Of a DNA stretch of 64,000 bases, positions 47,464 to 57,435 are shown in pieces. Made by a program: the position numbers and the translations under genes. Under the pieces are notes generated by a model that did not search any database, was not told where the DNA came from, and was given only the letters and a program-made list of their open reading frames with translations. Numbering within the stretch: the stretch's first letter is position 1; every line of letters starts with the position of its first letter. The stretch is taken from the sequence record NC_020077.1. The stretch is one strand, 5' to 3'.

Positions 47464-48443
47464 CTTTGATCATCATCATGACTTCTAATATTCTTCAAAA
47501 CTTTCTTAGGTAATTCAGCTTCAAACACAGGCAGAAGTGCATCATAAAGTTGTTTTGGCAATACTACAATAGCGCCGTTCTTTGCCCTTTCTTCAATGCT
47601 ACTAATGTAATCATCAAGCTTTGTGATATTAATCAATCTTGTTCTTTTCTTAAACTTCTTTACCTTTTCACGCAACTTATTTTCCATTAGTTCCTTCACA
47701 GTTTTCATATATTCGTCTTTATCCTTGATCTGTGAGAGAAGTAGTTTATATTTAGAAAAGAAAGATGGGCCATTCTGCAGAAGTAAGTCTACATCTTCTT
47801 TTGTTAACCTCTCGCGTACGGGTATAGGGATTGCTTTGGCCATCGCTGAAACGTTAGTAGGGTAGAGGTTGTGGTATTTCAGATACTCGCTTAGCTTTCT
47901 GAAGAGAACTGGATATTTTTTGAAGTGTTTTATTATTAAATCAAAAGTTCTTACGCTTAAGTCAACATTAGTCTCTTCAAGTAGCTCTAGAGTGTTATGA
48001 TATGAGAGATTCACCCTTTCTCTCAACTCTTGTAATTTAGAATAGTATTCAAGCAATTGGCCCCTATCTATTGCCTTCCTAACGAAATTGACTGCGTAAG
48101 CTATTAGTTCTAGCTGATCTTCTGAACCATACACTATTCTGACTGGAATCATTACTTTATCCCATTTTCCATCATAAAGCTCACGTAATGCATAATATCT
48201 AACGTAACCATCAATCAATAGAAAACGATCTTTGCTTGTCTTATCTTCTGTTACGATGAGGGGTTGAAGAAGTGATTCGTTCTGTATGCTTTCTTTCATT
48301 TTTTGGATTTCATCTTCTCTTCTCGGGAAAAGCGTTGCAAACTTAGGATGCTCAAAAATGTACGATAAGGGAACGTTTGTTGAAACTGTGTTAGAAAGTA
48401 TGTTAAGCTCTCTGAGTTTATCTAGCAATTCTACTGTTGCCAC
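47460..48443 (-). CDS. ParB/Srx-domain protein
   Basis: SIQNESLLQPLIVT ... LLIDGYVRYYALREL ... N is a ParB N-terminal motif set. Confidence 0.85.
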   Translation of the reverse strand: MATVELLDKLRELNILSNTVSTNVPLSYIFEHPKFATLFPRREDEIQKMKESIQNESLLQPLIVTEDKTSKDRFLLIDGYVRYYALRELYDGKWDKVMIPVRIVYGSEDQLELIAYAVNFVRKAIDRGQLLEYYSKLQELRERVNLSYHNTLELLEETNVDLSVRTFDLIIKHFKKYPVLFRKLSEYLKYHNLYPTNVSAMAKAIPIPVRERLTKEDVDLLLQNGPSFFSKYKLLLSQIKDKDEYMKTVKELMENKLREKVKKFKKRTRLINITKLDDYISSIEERAKNGAIVVLPKQLYDALLPVFEAELPKKVLKNIRSHDDDQR

Positions 48444-48531
48444 GTGATGTTATTATGCTTTAAATGCTTAAATATTTGCCTCTGAAAAAAATGCGAAATA
48501 TAAAGAAAAATTGTGAATTGAATTCACAAAA

Positions 48532-50121
48532 TTATGAAATAAGCTTTGAATTAATTGTATCTATAAAATCTCTAAAACCTTGCTCGTCACTAATTATTGT
48601 TGGTGGGGGTTTTAAATCTTTCGCCAACTTCGTGTATTGTATCATATCTTGTTTACAATTTGTTTCCGCTGGGAAGCATATCTTTCCAGCATCAAAAGGT
48701 AAATCAAGCGTATTTGCCAAAATCGCTAAGAATGTTCTATAAACACTGTAAGGATCATAAGGATTTTCTGCAATAAGGCTTGCAATTGTTGATTGCAGTT
48801 TTGCTCTTAGCAAATCGTCGTAAAACGTGGTTGTTGAGATTTGCGCTATTTTCATCAATTCAACAGCCATATCACCAATTATCAACACAAACTTACTACT
48901 CTCTGTTTGCAATAAATGATCTAATACTTCAAGGTAGTATTGAGTGAATTTAGGCAGTGTGATTACACTAAGTGCATCTCTGAATAGCTCTACGGTGTTG
49001 AAATAGTCCAGCGGAGTAGCGCCAATTGTTGGAGTGAAAAGCGGCTTATTACAAACTTCGCTGAAGTATGCAACTACAAGTGTTTTATATAATGGGACAT
49101 ACCTTGTTACAAAGGAAATACGTAAGGGTGTAGAATCACACTTTATTCCTAAATTTTCTTGGAAGAAGCGAGTTAATAGTCTCTTTCCTTCATCTGGTAT
49201 AGGCTTTTGTGTAATTAGCCTTGATACTCCCCTCGTGTTTTCCATACTTCCAGTGTATGCTCCAAGTATAAGGATTTGCTCAATCATCCTAAAGGAAAGG
49301 CCTCGATTTACTGCTAATCTAGCAAACTCGTCAATTCCTAATTCCATGCCTTTGAATTTCACAGTCTTAATGCCTTTGAGATTAAGATAAGCTTGTATCG
49401 CTTCGTAGTCTGGCAATGGAAATGGCACTTGAATGTTGAAACGTGAAACAATTGCTTGATCTAGGGTATCAAGCTTCACGTTTGTTGTTGCAATTATTGA
49501 AATATGCTGTTTAGTTCTTTTCCATAAATTAAGCCTCTCTAAAACTTGGTTTATCAAATTTAAAGTAAGTGTTCCATATCCTTCTTCAGCACTCGTTGGC
49601 CTAGTACGTAAAAGCCATTCGCCATCATCAAAAACGACGATTGAAGGTTGTTCGCTCTCAGCTTTAATAAAAAGTTCTTCTAAGTTCTTTTCCGATTCGC
49701 CTACAAATTTACTCAAGAATGAATAAGGCCTTATCCAGACTGTTGTGAAACCATAGTACTTTGAAAGAATTTCGGCAATACTTGTTTTTCCAGTTCCTGG
49801 CGCGCCATACAAAAGAACTGATTGGAAAGGCTTCTTTAGGAGAATATCGATTACATCTCCTATTTCCTTTGGGAAAATATAGTAATCAACATTTTCTGGG
49901 CTGACTACTCTATAAATATGATTAAAGCGCAAGTTCTCTCTATCAATCTTAACATCAGAAATTAACTTTATGTTGCCTGGATTAGCAGCAAACCACGTTT
50001 GGTTGAAAACGCAAGGGTCTGGCTCAACAAAACGTACACCTTCAGTTTCAGAAGAAATTACTTGCCCATCTTTAATACTCCTAGTGGTGATAAGCTTTTC
50101 GCAAATCTCCATCCTTACCAC
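48532..50121 (-). CDS. AAA+ ATPase (ATV p529-like)
   Basis: Walker A GAPGTGKT, SKFVGESEK, Walker B VVFDDGE, sensor TTN, arginine finger SRF. Confidence 0.92.
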   Translation of the reverse strand: MVRMEICEKLITTRSIKDGQVISSETEGVRFVEPDPCVFNQTWFAANPGNIKLISDVKIDRENLRFNHIYRVVSPENVDYYIFPKEIGDVIDILLKKPFQSVLLYGAPGTGKTSIAEILSKYYGFTTVWIRPYSFLSKFVGESEKNLEELFIKAESEQPSIVVFDDGEWLLRTRPTSAEEGYGTLTLNLINQVLERLNLWKRTKQHISIIATTNVKLDTLDQAIVSRFNIQVPFPLPDYEAIQAYLNLKGIKTVKFKGMELGIDEFARLAVNRGLSFRMIEQILILGAYTGSMENTRGVSRLITQKPIPDEGKRLLTRFFQENLGIKCDSTPLRISFVTRYVPLYKTLVVAYFSEVCNKPLFTPTIGATPLDYFNTVELFRDALSVITLPKFTQYYLEVLDHLLQTESSKFVLIIGDMAVELMKIAQISTTTFYDDLLRAKLQSTIASLIAENPYDPYSVYRTFLAILANTLDLPFDAGKICFPAETNCKQDMIQYTKLAKDLKPPPTIISDEQGFRDFIDTINSKLIS

Positions 50122-50124
50122 TCT

Positions 50125-50967
50125 CTACAAGTGGACTGGTATGAGATGCTGTCCGGCTAGCAGTAAAATTATAATCAATATACCAGCGCCTAACATTACA
50201 AATGTAAGTATACTCTGCCATCTTTGTGAAGATTGCATTAATCTTAATTTCTCAATTCTTTGCGCTATTTTCGACCATTCTCTAATATCATTTCCAATAG
50301 CGACTAATGTCCTCGTCATTGCTGTTGTGGCATCTATAGGGAAGGCTAACATTTCATCCGTTATAACAGTTTTAGGATCAACAGTGAATGCGAAAGCGTA
50401 ATTATTAGCAATTGGAATATAACCAGCTATTTCCTTATTTGTTGTAATTATATCAACTATAACATCAAGGATAGTCTTTTTCCCAGTAGCAGCCTTGAGG
50501 AGATCTAGCTTTGCAATAGTGCCAAAATCGAATGCAGAAAACATAGGTATATCACCAACAGCAAAATAAACTGGCTTATTGTAGTTCTTTACACCAAACC
50601 TATAAGGCCTAGCGTATGGACTAACGAGAATTAAGTATAACGCGCCATTTTCAGTAGCATGAAGAAGACCTTGCCTAACATATCTCGCCGGCAAAATCTT
50701 TAATTCATCAAGTTTAGAGTTGATTAAAACAACAATAGCATCAGCGTTTTTATGGTTAACTGAAAGGTAAGGTATTCTATTTGTAGAACGAGAGATAATA
50801 ATAGCAATAAAAGCAATTGCAAGAGTTGCGACAAGAATTATTGGCAGCAAGTTCGCTAAGTTAGCAAATAGTGGAGGTGCTTGAATAGAAATATGAGAAC
50901 TTGTTGCTGCTGGCGGTGGGGCTACAGTACTAGATGTAGAAGGTGGTGGAGTAGGAGATGCTGTCAT
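50125..50967 (-). CDS. Membrane protein with N- and C-terminal TM helices (start moved to ATG 50967)
   Basis: P/S/T-rich N-terminus, two TM segments; TTTAAATA promoter upstream. Confidence 0.75.
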   Translation of the reverse strand: MTASPTPPPSTSSTVAPPPAATSSHISIQAPPLFANLANLLPIILVATLAIAFIAIIISRSTNRIPYLSVNHKNADAIVVLINSKLDELKILPARYVRQGLLHATENGALYLILVSPYARPYRFGVKNYNKPVYFAVGDIPMFSAFDFGTIAKLDLLKAATGKKTILDVIVDIITTNKEIAGYIPIANNYAFAFTVDPKTVITDEMLAFPIDATTAMTRTLVAIGNDIREWSKIAQRIEKLRLMQSSQRWQSILTFVMLGAGILIIILLLAGQHLIPVHL

Positions 50968-51014
50968 TCTATATATATTTAAACTACTTATATTTAAAAA
51001 TACATTATACCTTG

Positions 51015-51135
51015 TCACCCCACAGTTAGGAGGGGGTGTTGAGCCTCAACCTTACGATTCACTGTGGTTACCAACCACTCCACGTGAGGGTCATGGGCCC
51101 CCTTCGAGCCCCAAGGCATGAGGCTCACATCTAAT
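51015..51135 (-). ncRNA. Candidate omega-RNA scaffold overlapping the tnpB 3' end
   Basis: GC-rich hairpin series GAGCC/GGCTC, GTGGTT/AACCAC, GTTGAG/CTCAAC, CACCCC/GGGGTG; the location is typical for TnpB omega-RNA. Confidence 0.55.
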
Positions 51136-52268
51136 TTTTTAGCTATATTCCACGCTGCTATAACGTCCCTATCATGCGTAAAGCCACACTTCTTGCATTT
51201 TAGAACCCTAGGTTGCCAGCCTCTCCTCTGGGCATTGTTTGTCATAATATTTAGGCTAGAACCACACTTAGGGCATGTCCTAGAGGTATTTTTAGGGTTT
51301 ACAAATTCCACTTTTATACCGTATTCTAATGCCTTTTCTGTAATACGTTTCTGTATTCCTCTTATTGCTGATTGTTTAAGTCTATGTGCATCAAATGATT
51401 TAAGTCCATCTTTCTTAAGCGCCTTATCCTGGAAATTTTTAGGAAGCTTTTCCAATACAAGAGCAGCATTCTCCTTCTTAACTATCTTTGCTACGAAAGA
51501 AGCAACCTTATCTCTCAGTGCTTTTTTAACACTCTTCTCTCTTAACTTTCTTAAAGCAATACGAAGTGATCTCTTATCATGCGCATGTCTTTCCTGGATA
51601 GATTTTCTTCTGTATGCATAGCCTAACACTACCTTACTGTGATTAGTTACGAGTGTGATTGCTTTATGGTCTGGTAGTGTGAAGAGTGTCACATTATTCT
51701 CATTCACATCAATGCCAATTACTCTGTTGTAGTTTGTGTTTGGTTCGACGGTTTTACGAAAAAATACATATAACGTCAGCTTTCTGTCTTCGATTTTCCA
51801 TCTACAAGAGTCTCTAAGAGTCCAGCCGCCATTGTAGTGTATGTAAAACTGTTTGTGGAAAAGTAATGGTATTCTTATCCATCCCTTGTGGGTAGAGATT
51901 TCAACGCCTTGGAAAGACAGTTTCCAAGACATATTGCCACAGCTGACAGTCCATTGTTTAACTTCTGGTTTTTCAGTGTAAGCAAGGCCTTTCTTTTTCA
52001 GCTTTCTGAAGGATTCCAGTCTAGATGCTGCATCGCGTATTGCCTGTTGAACATATTGTGATGGTAAGTCTGGGTACTTCTCTCTAAAGTACTTGTATAA
52101 TTCTTTAATCCCTCTTAGCCAAGATGTTGTGCCTTTTTGATACATTACATTTACTGCTTCTTTTACCATTTCACCATATACCTTATAAACATAAGAAAGA
52201 GCTTCGGCCTTTTTTGCCGTTAGCCTTAGTGAGACAAGTTCAACCGTTTTTGTAACCTTTTCGCTCAT
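51015..52268 (-). CDS. tnpB: TnpB RNA-guided nuclease
   Basis: RuvC-I GIDVN, RuvC-II VLEKL, Zn finger TSRTCPKCG ... CKKCG, RuvC-III DRDVIAAWNI; ATG after GGTGGT. Confidence 0.95.
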   Translation of the reverse strand: MSEKVTKTVELVSLRLTAKKAEALSYVYKVYGEMVKEAVNVMYQKGTTSWLRGIKELYKYFREKYPDLPSQYVQQAIRDAASRLESFRKLKKKGLAYTEKPEVKQWTVSCGNMSWKLSFQGVEISTHKGWIRIPLLFHKQFYIHYNGGWTLRDSCRWKIEDRKLTLYVFFRKTVEPNTNYNRVIGIDVNENNVTLFTLPDHKAITLVTNHSKVVLGYAYRRKSIQERHAHDKRSLRIALRKLREKSVKKALRDKVASFVAKIVKKENAALVLEKLPKNFQDKALKKDGLKSFDAHRLKQSAIRGIQKRITEKALEYGIKVEFVNPKNTSRTCPKCGSSLNIMTNNAQRRGWQPRVLKCKKCGFTHDRDVIAAWNIAKKLDVSLMPWGSKGAHDPHVEWLVTTVNRKVEAQHPLLTVG

Positions 52269-52453
52269 TACGTACCACCAACCCCTCCCTGGAATCACCA
52301 GGCATTGGGGGCTATCATAAGCAGCGAAGTGAAAATTAATAAACTTTACTTTTTATCTCGTAAGCCAGGTATGAATAAAAACCCTTCTCCAAAACTGGAG
52401 AATTGTAATGACAGTTCTGCAAATTTGGTAAAAAAACAGTTAAAATAAATCTT

Positions 52454-52702
52454 CTAGAACTCTGCATAATTCTTTTCTCTAATCTGCCTCATAACCTCAT
52501 TATACATTCTGCGGAATAATTGTTTCATCTCCTCAGCCTTCATCTGGAATAGCTCAGCTGCGCTCAGTTGATCTGCGATATATGTCTTTATGATATTATG
52601 TATCATAGGTTCAAGGTCCTTCCTTTCTATGACTAAGAGCGTATTACAACAAACTATCTCACAAAGCACATCGTCACATTCGACCTTAAACATTGTTCTC
52701 AT
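52454..52702 (-). CDS. Small hypothetical protein
   Basis: 82 aa; late-type promoter GAGTCTTTTTAT at 52738-52727. Confidence 0.65.
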   Translation of the reverse strand: MRTMFKVECDDVLCEIVCCNTLLVIERKDLEPMIHNIIKTYIADQLSAAELFQMKAEEMKQLFRRMYNEVMRQIREKNYAEF

Positions 52703-52782
52703 GTGGTAAGAAAAGAAAAATAAAAAATAAAAAGACTCGCTAAGTATAAGTCTTTAAAATTCCAACAACGTATTTATAAATT

Positions 52783-55700
52783 ATGAAGAGTGGTGAGTTA
52801 ATAATCCGTCTTCTCCTCCTTAATTTACTCCTAACTAGCATCATATTAGTTGCGACAGGAATAAAAGCAGATTCAAGTGTCTCAGCACAGCCAATTGGGC
52901 AAGCAACAGTGTACACAGCACCTTACACATCAACAAGCTTCGTACTTAACACCACAGTAAATCCAATAAACCCAATAGCAAGTAATATAAGACTATTCAA
53001 GTACCCAAACCTAACTGGGCCAATACAGGCTTTCGTATCACAAGGCTGGTCATCGATATCATCTGGATCATACCCAACGTCAAGAGTAATAAAAGTAGTG
53101 CCGGGCAGTGGAGTTAGTGGCGTGTACCCAGATTACTTGTTTAATGGATCGATGTTCAGAGTAGGAAGTGTAGTAGAATCAACTGCGTGGAGTCCAGCAC
53201 CTAAACCTTATTATCAAGGGAATTTACTAGTGATAAATTCGACTGGTTCAACAGCTGGGCAATACATAGGATGGGCTTTTTCACCTTCAACAACAACACT
53301 TAATGTTACGATACACGTAGTATCATTCCCAGAGCGTTATGCTAATCCAGGCATTGATCTTCTTAGTCCGAATGTAGGAAACCAGACAAATGATGGACAG
53401 GCTGGATATTATTTACTTCTTGTTGATCTTTATGGTAGTTCAATATACTACCATGGACCATCTGTTAACTGGCAACAGTTATATACTTCACTGCCACAAC
53501 CTAATCCAAGCTATCCATTTACTTTTAGTATTATATACACGGAGAATAGTGCTGGTAATGTAACAGTTGCTGAAATAGGAATAAACGGTACGTATACAAC
53601 AATCAATGTAAATACGCCATTTCCTTGGACACAGATTGGTTATGTAGCAATAAGAGAAGATCCAAATAATTTAATCTACGTCTCCTATTTGGCAGCATCT
53701 AGCGGTTCAGTATTTGTGCAATTCCTCCCAACATCTTCGATAGGTGAAGCAGTGAAATATCCATCTTTAATAGAGTCAACTACTTGGAGTCCATCACCTA
53801 CACCTTATTATCAAGGGAATTTGTTAGTGGTAAATACAAGTAATGATGCAAATCTGCAATATATAGGATGGGCTTTTTCACCTTCAACAACAACACTTAA
53901 TGTTACGATACACGTAGTATCATTCCCAGAGCGTAATAATAACCCAGGCATTACAATTTATAGCCCAAATATAGGAAACCAAACAACCGATAGTAATAAT
54001 GGATTTTATGTACTTCTTGTTGATTTTTATGGTGATACAGTATGGTATCATGGGCTATCTACTGGCTGGCAACCGTTATATGGATCATTCCCGCAACCTA
54101 ATCCAAACTATCCGTTTACTTTCTCTGTCATATATACAGAAAATAGTGCTGGGAATGTAACAGTGGCAGAAATAGGGATAAACGGTACGTACACGACAGT
54201 GAACTATAACACACCATTCCCATGGTCACAAATAGGTTATGTAGCAATACATGGGGATCATACTGATTTATTCTACGTCTCTTATTTCGCAGCATCCAGC
54301 GGCCCAATATTTGCGCAATTCGTCCCACCACGAGAATTACAATATCCACCTTTCGTAGAGTCAACTGCCTGGAGTCCAGCACCTAAACCTTATTATCAAG
54401 GGAATTTGTTAGTGATAAATTCGACCGGTTCAGTAGCCGGGCAATATATAGGATGGGCTTTTTCACCTTCAACAACAACACTTAATGTTACGATACACGT
54501 AGTATCATTCCCAGAGCGTTATGCTAATCCAGGCATTGATCTTCTTAGTCCGAATGTAGGAAACCAGACAAATGATGGACAGGCTGGATATTATTTACTT
54601 CTTGTTGATCTTTATGGTAGTTCAATATACTACCATGGACCATCTGTTAACTGGCAACAGTTATATACTTCACTGCCACAACCTAATCCAAGCTATCCAT
54701 TTACTTTTAGTATTATATACACGGAGAATAGTGCTGGTAATGTAACAGTTGCTGAAATAGGAATAAACGGTACGTATACAACAATCAATGTAAATACGCC
54801 ATTTCCTTGGACACAGATTGGTTATGTAGCAATAAGAGAAGATCCAAATAATTTAATCTACGTCTCCTATTTGGCAGCCTCAAGTGGCCAACCAGGTACT
54901 TATCCAGTTGTCTTTGTTCCATCATACACTGTTAACGCTAATCCTTTCCCAATCTTTCGTTTCCCATCAACTATTACTCAAGCTTACCTAGTGTATAATA
55001 ATAACACCGTGTTCTTGTCATCGATAGATGCTGGTGGCCAATTCTTCTTGAATATTCCATTAAAAATGCAATGGGAGCCATTCACCTACTTTGGCCTAAG
55101 TGCATATCAGCTTCTAACTGTTGTTAATGCACCAACTACTGGTTACCTTGCCGCTTTCCCATATCCTTTAACGTATAATTACTTTACTTCGCCTGGGCCT
55201 TTCACTTCTGTTCCATCGACTGTAATAACTCCAACGTTTAGTAAAACTACGTATCAATTAACTAACGTTTCAATACAACAGCTGACATTATTCACCTCTG
55301 CTGGTAGTGTCACAACTTCAACGCAAGCTTACGTTTTGCCCAACATAGGGGCGTGGACTTATGCTTCAGTGCAATACCCAACTTCAGTGAGTGTAATAGT
55401 GAATAATACTGTGCAAAAGCTTAGTGTGAGTGGCGCATCTGTAACTGTCACAGCATCATACCCAACGACAGTAATAGCCCCAGACAATTTAATACCCCCA
55501 CCAAATGCACAAGTAAGTGTATACAATGCTACTTTTAACAAAATAGTTATATCTTCAACGTCAACCTTCACATTTAGTACACAGATAGTACAGTCTGGAT
55601 TGCCAACGTTTGGGCTGGTGCTGCCAGTGTGGTATTATGTTTCGCTAGGGACTGGAACGATTGGCGTACCATTAGAACAAGTGCCTATGATATTGGGTAA

Positions 55701-57426
55701 TAAACTATTTGCATTCTTGCCAGAAGTTGTGTCAACTACCTGGAGTCCATCACCTACACCTTATTATCAAGGGAATTTGTTAGTTATAAATACAAGTAAT
55801 GTTGCACATCTGGAATATATAGGATGGGCTTTTATGCCTTCAACAACAACACTAAATGTCACAATACACGTAGTATCATTCCCAGAGCGTAATAATAACC
55901 CAGGCATTACAATTTATAGCCCAAATATAGGAAACCAAAGTGATGATAGTAATGGCGGATTTTATGTACTTCTTGTTGATTTTTATGGTGATACAGTATG
56001 GTACCATGGACCATCTACTGGCTGGCAACCGTTATACGGTTCATTCCCGCAACCTAATCCAAACTATCCGTTTACTTTCACTGTCATCTTTACGGAAAAT
56101 AGTGCTGGGAATGTAACAGTGGCAGAAATAGGGATAAACGGTACGTACACGACAGTGAACTATAACACACCATTCCCATGGTCACAAATAGGTTATGTAG
56201 CAATACATGGGGATCATTCTAATTTATTCTACGTCTCCTATTTCTCAGCATCTAGCGGCCCAACTTCCATCACTTTCGTTTCTCCCTCCTACATCTTCTT
56301 AAACAGTTGGGTATCTTCTTATGTTGTACCTAGCTATCTAAACACGCCCTATGCTTTACCTTACTCTGTATCACAAACTAGCGCTCAAGTTGGCCAATAC
56401 ACCCTTTCGCAAGGTTTGAACTACGTTTCCTATTCATTTACGCCGGGTTACGTTGCTACTGCTATATTATACTATAACTCTACTCCAGTCCTAGCAAATC
56501 TACTATCACCCTACATTTCTTACAAGTTCTCTTCACTAACTTTATCATTCTCTACTGCAACAGCTGCAATGTTTTCTAACTTCCCTATTCCAGCTCCTCA
56601 GCTACTAAGTAGTTATATTCCAGCTGGTTCTGTTCTTTATCAAGACCCTATCATATACTACATTTCTCCAACTACAGTTACAATGTATAATACTACGACA
56701 CTAGCTAGTTTGCAAAGTTCTAACGCTAGTTCTAGCAGTGCGACTACTACTACTCCACCGCCTTCATCATCTACAAATACTACTACACAATCTATTTCCC
56801 CTGGCCAAATGCAGATAGTGTATAATGGTACAACTGTAATAAGGATAAACCTTGTTACTTTTCCATCAATTACAGTGTCTGAGATTGGCCAAATTATAGC
56901 TATGCCTATTGTTAACTCATCTGGCGCTTATCTATACCTCTACAACTATAATCAGTCTGCCAATTTCAATGTAACTGTCGCTTATGAATTTAGTAATGGT
57001 AGTGTGGAAACAGTGAATGTTCGTGTTAATTCGATAATTCCAATTCCAGTGCCATATCTGGATTTGCCAGTTAAGGTTAATATAACTGTGTTAAACAAAT
57101 CTATTACTTTTAACATAACGCCAATTCAATTGGGTAGTTCACGATTAGCTCAAAATCTGTACAATGAGATTGCAAATGGCTTGCCTTATCCTTTCAGTCT
57201 CTTTGGTACTCTTCTTGCTAATCTATTCTTCTCTGTATTTGGCATATCAGCGATATTAAGGAATAATTTGAGATTACTTGGAATAGGCGGAATTGCGTAT
57301 GGTGCATTTATAGCCCCAGGCTTGCTAGACTTAGGCTTCCCGTTGTTTCCTACTGTTATGAGTGCGTTAGTAGCGATTGGTGTAGGTCTTGTTGCAATAT
57401 GGGCAAGTACGAGAAGTACTAGTTAA
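52783..57426 (+). CDS. 1547-aa adhesin-like surface glycoprotein with four about 175-aa repeats
   Basis: Signal peptide; repeats at 53173, 53770, 54355 and 55726; C-terminal TM helices. Confidence 0.88.
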   Translation: MKSGELIIRLLLLNLLLTSIILVATGIKADSSVSAQPIGQATVYTAPYTSTSFVLNTTVNPINPIASNIRLFKYPNLTGPIQAFVSQGWSSISSGSYPTSRVIKVVPGSGVSGVYPDYLFNGSMFRVGSVVESTAWSPAPKPYYQGNLLVINSTGSTAGQYIGWAFSPSTTTLNVTIHVVSFPERYANPGIDLLSPNVGNQTNDGQAGYYLLLVDLYGSSIYYHGPSVNWQQLYTSLPQPNPSYPFTFSIIYTENSAGNVTVAEIGINGTYTTINVNTPFPWTQIGYVAIREDPNNLIYVSYLAASSGSVFVQFLPTSSIGEAVKYPSLIESTTWSPSPTPYYQGNLLVVNTSNDANLQYIGWAFSPSTTTLNVTIHVVSFPERNNNPGITIYSPNIGNQTTDSNNGFYVLLVDFYGDTVWYHGLSTGWQPLYGSFPQPNPNYPFTFSVIYTENSAGNVTVAEIGINGTYTTVNYNTPFPWSQIGYVAIHGDHTDLFYVSYFAASSGPIFAQFVPPRELQYPPFVESTAWSPAPKPYYQGNLLVINSTGSVAGQYIGWAFSPSTTTLNVTIHVVSFPERYANPGIDLLSPNVGNQTNDGQAGYYLLLVDLYGSSIYYHGPSVNWQQLYTSLPQPNPSYPFTFSIIYTENSAGNVTVAEIGINGTYTTINVNTPFPWTQIGYVAIREDPNNLIYVSYLAASSGQPGTYPVVFVPSYTVNANPFPIFRFPSTITQAYLVYNNNTVFLSSIDAGGQFFLNIPLKMQWEPFTYFGLSAYQLLTVVNAPTTGYLAAFPYPLTYNYFTSPGPFTSVPSTVITPTFSKTTYQLTNVSIQQLTLFTSAGSVTTSTQAYVLPNIGAWTYASVQYPTSVSVIVNNTVQKLSVSGASVTVTASYPTTVIAPDNLIPPPNAQVSVYNATFNKIVISSTSTFTFSTQIVQSGLPTFGLVLPVWYYVSLGTGTIGVPLEQVPMILGNKLFAFLPEVVSTTWSPSPTPYYQGNLLVINTSNVAHLEYIGWAFMPSTTTLNVTIHVVSFPERNNNPGITIYSPNIGNQSDDSNGGFYVLLVDFYGDTVWYHGPSTGWQPLYGSFPQPNPNYPFTFTVIFTENSAGNVTVAEIGINGTYTTVNYNTPFPWSQIGYVAIHGDHSNLFYVSYFSASSGPTSITFVSPSYIFLNSWVSSYVVPSYLNTPYALPYSVSQTSAQVGQYTLSQGLNYVSYSFTPGYVATAILYYNSTPVLANLLSPYISYKFSSLTLSFSTATAAMFSNFPIPAPQLLSSYIPAGSVLYQDPIIYYISPTTVTMYNTTTLASLQSSNASSSSATTTTPPPSSSTNTTTQSISPGQMQIVYNGTTVIRINLVTFPSITVSEIGQIIAMPIVNSSGAYLYLYNYNQSANFNVTVAYEFSNGSVETVNVRVNSIIPIPVPYLDLPVKVNITVLNKSITFNITPIQLGSSRLAQNLYNEIANGLPYPFSLFGTLLANLFFSVFGISAILRNNLRLLGIGGIAYGAFIAPGLLDLGFPLFPTVMSALVAIGVGLVAIWASTRSTS
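53173..56258 (+). repeat. Intragenic repeats A (53173-53705), B (53770-54303), A' (54355-54887), B' (55726-56258)
   Basis: A vs A' and B vs B' are near-identical in DNA by eye. Confidence 0.9.
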
Positions 57427-57435
57427 TTTTTTTAT

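Larger units (their letters stand above)
51000..52330 (-). mobile_element. Solo IS200/IS605-type tnpB element, boundaries approximate
   Basis: tnpB without tnpA; hairpins at both ends (CCTGG-TGATT-CCAGG upstream, CACCCC-N11-GGGGTG at the 3' end). Confidence 0.65.

Noticed and set aside
48532-50121. MoxR-type ATPase with a VWA partner, as in the ATV tail system
   Set aside because: The motifs are classical AAA (SKFVGESEK, SRF), and no MIDAS/VWA protein was recognised in the window.
51000-52450. Complete autonomous IS605 or IS607 element with tnpA
   Set aside because: No Y1 HUH or serine-recombinase ORF is adjacent. ORF52702 lacks these motifs and has a viral late-type promoter.
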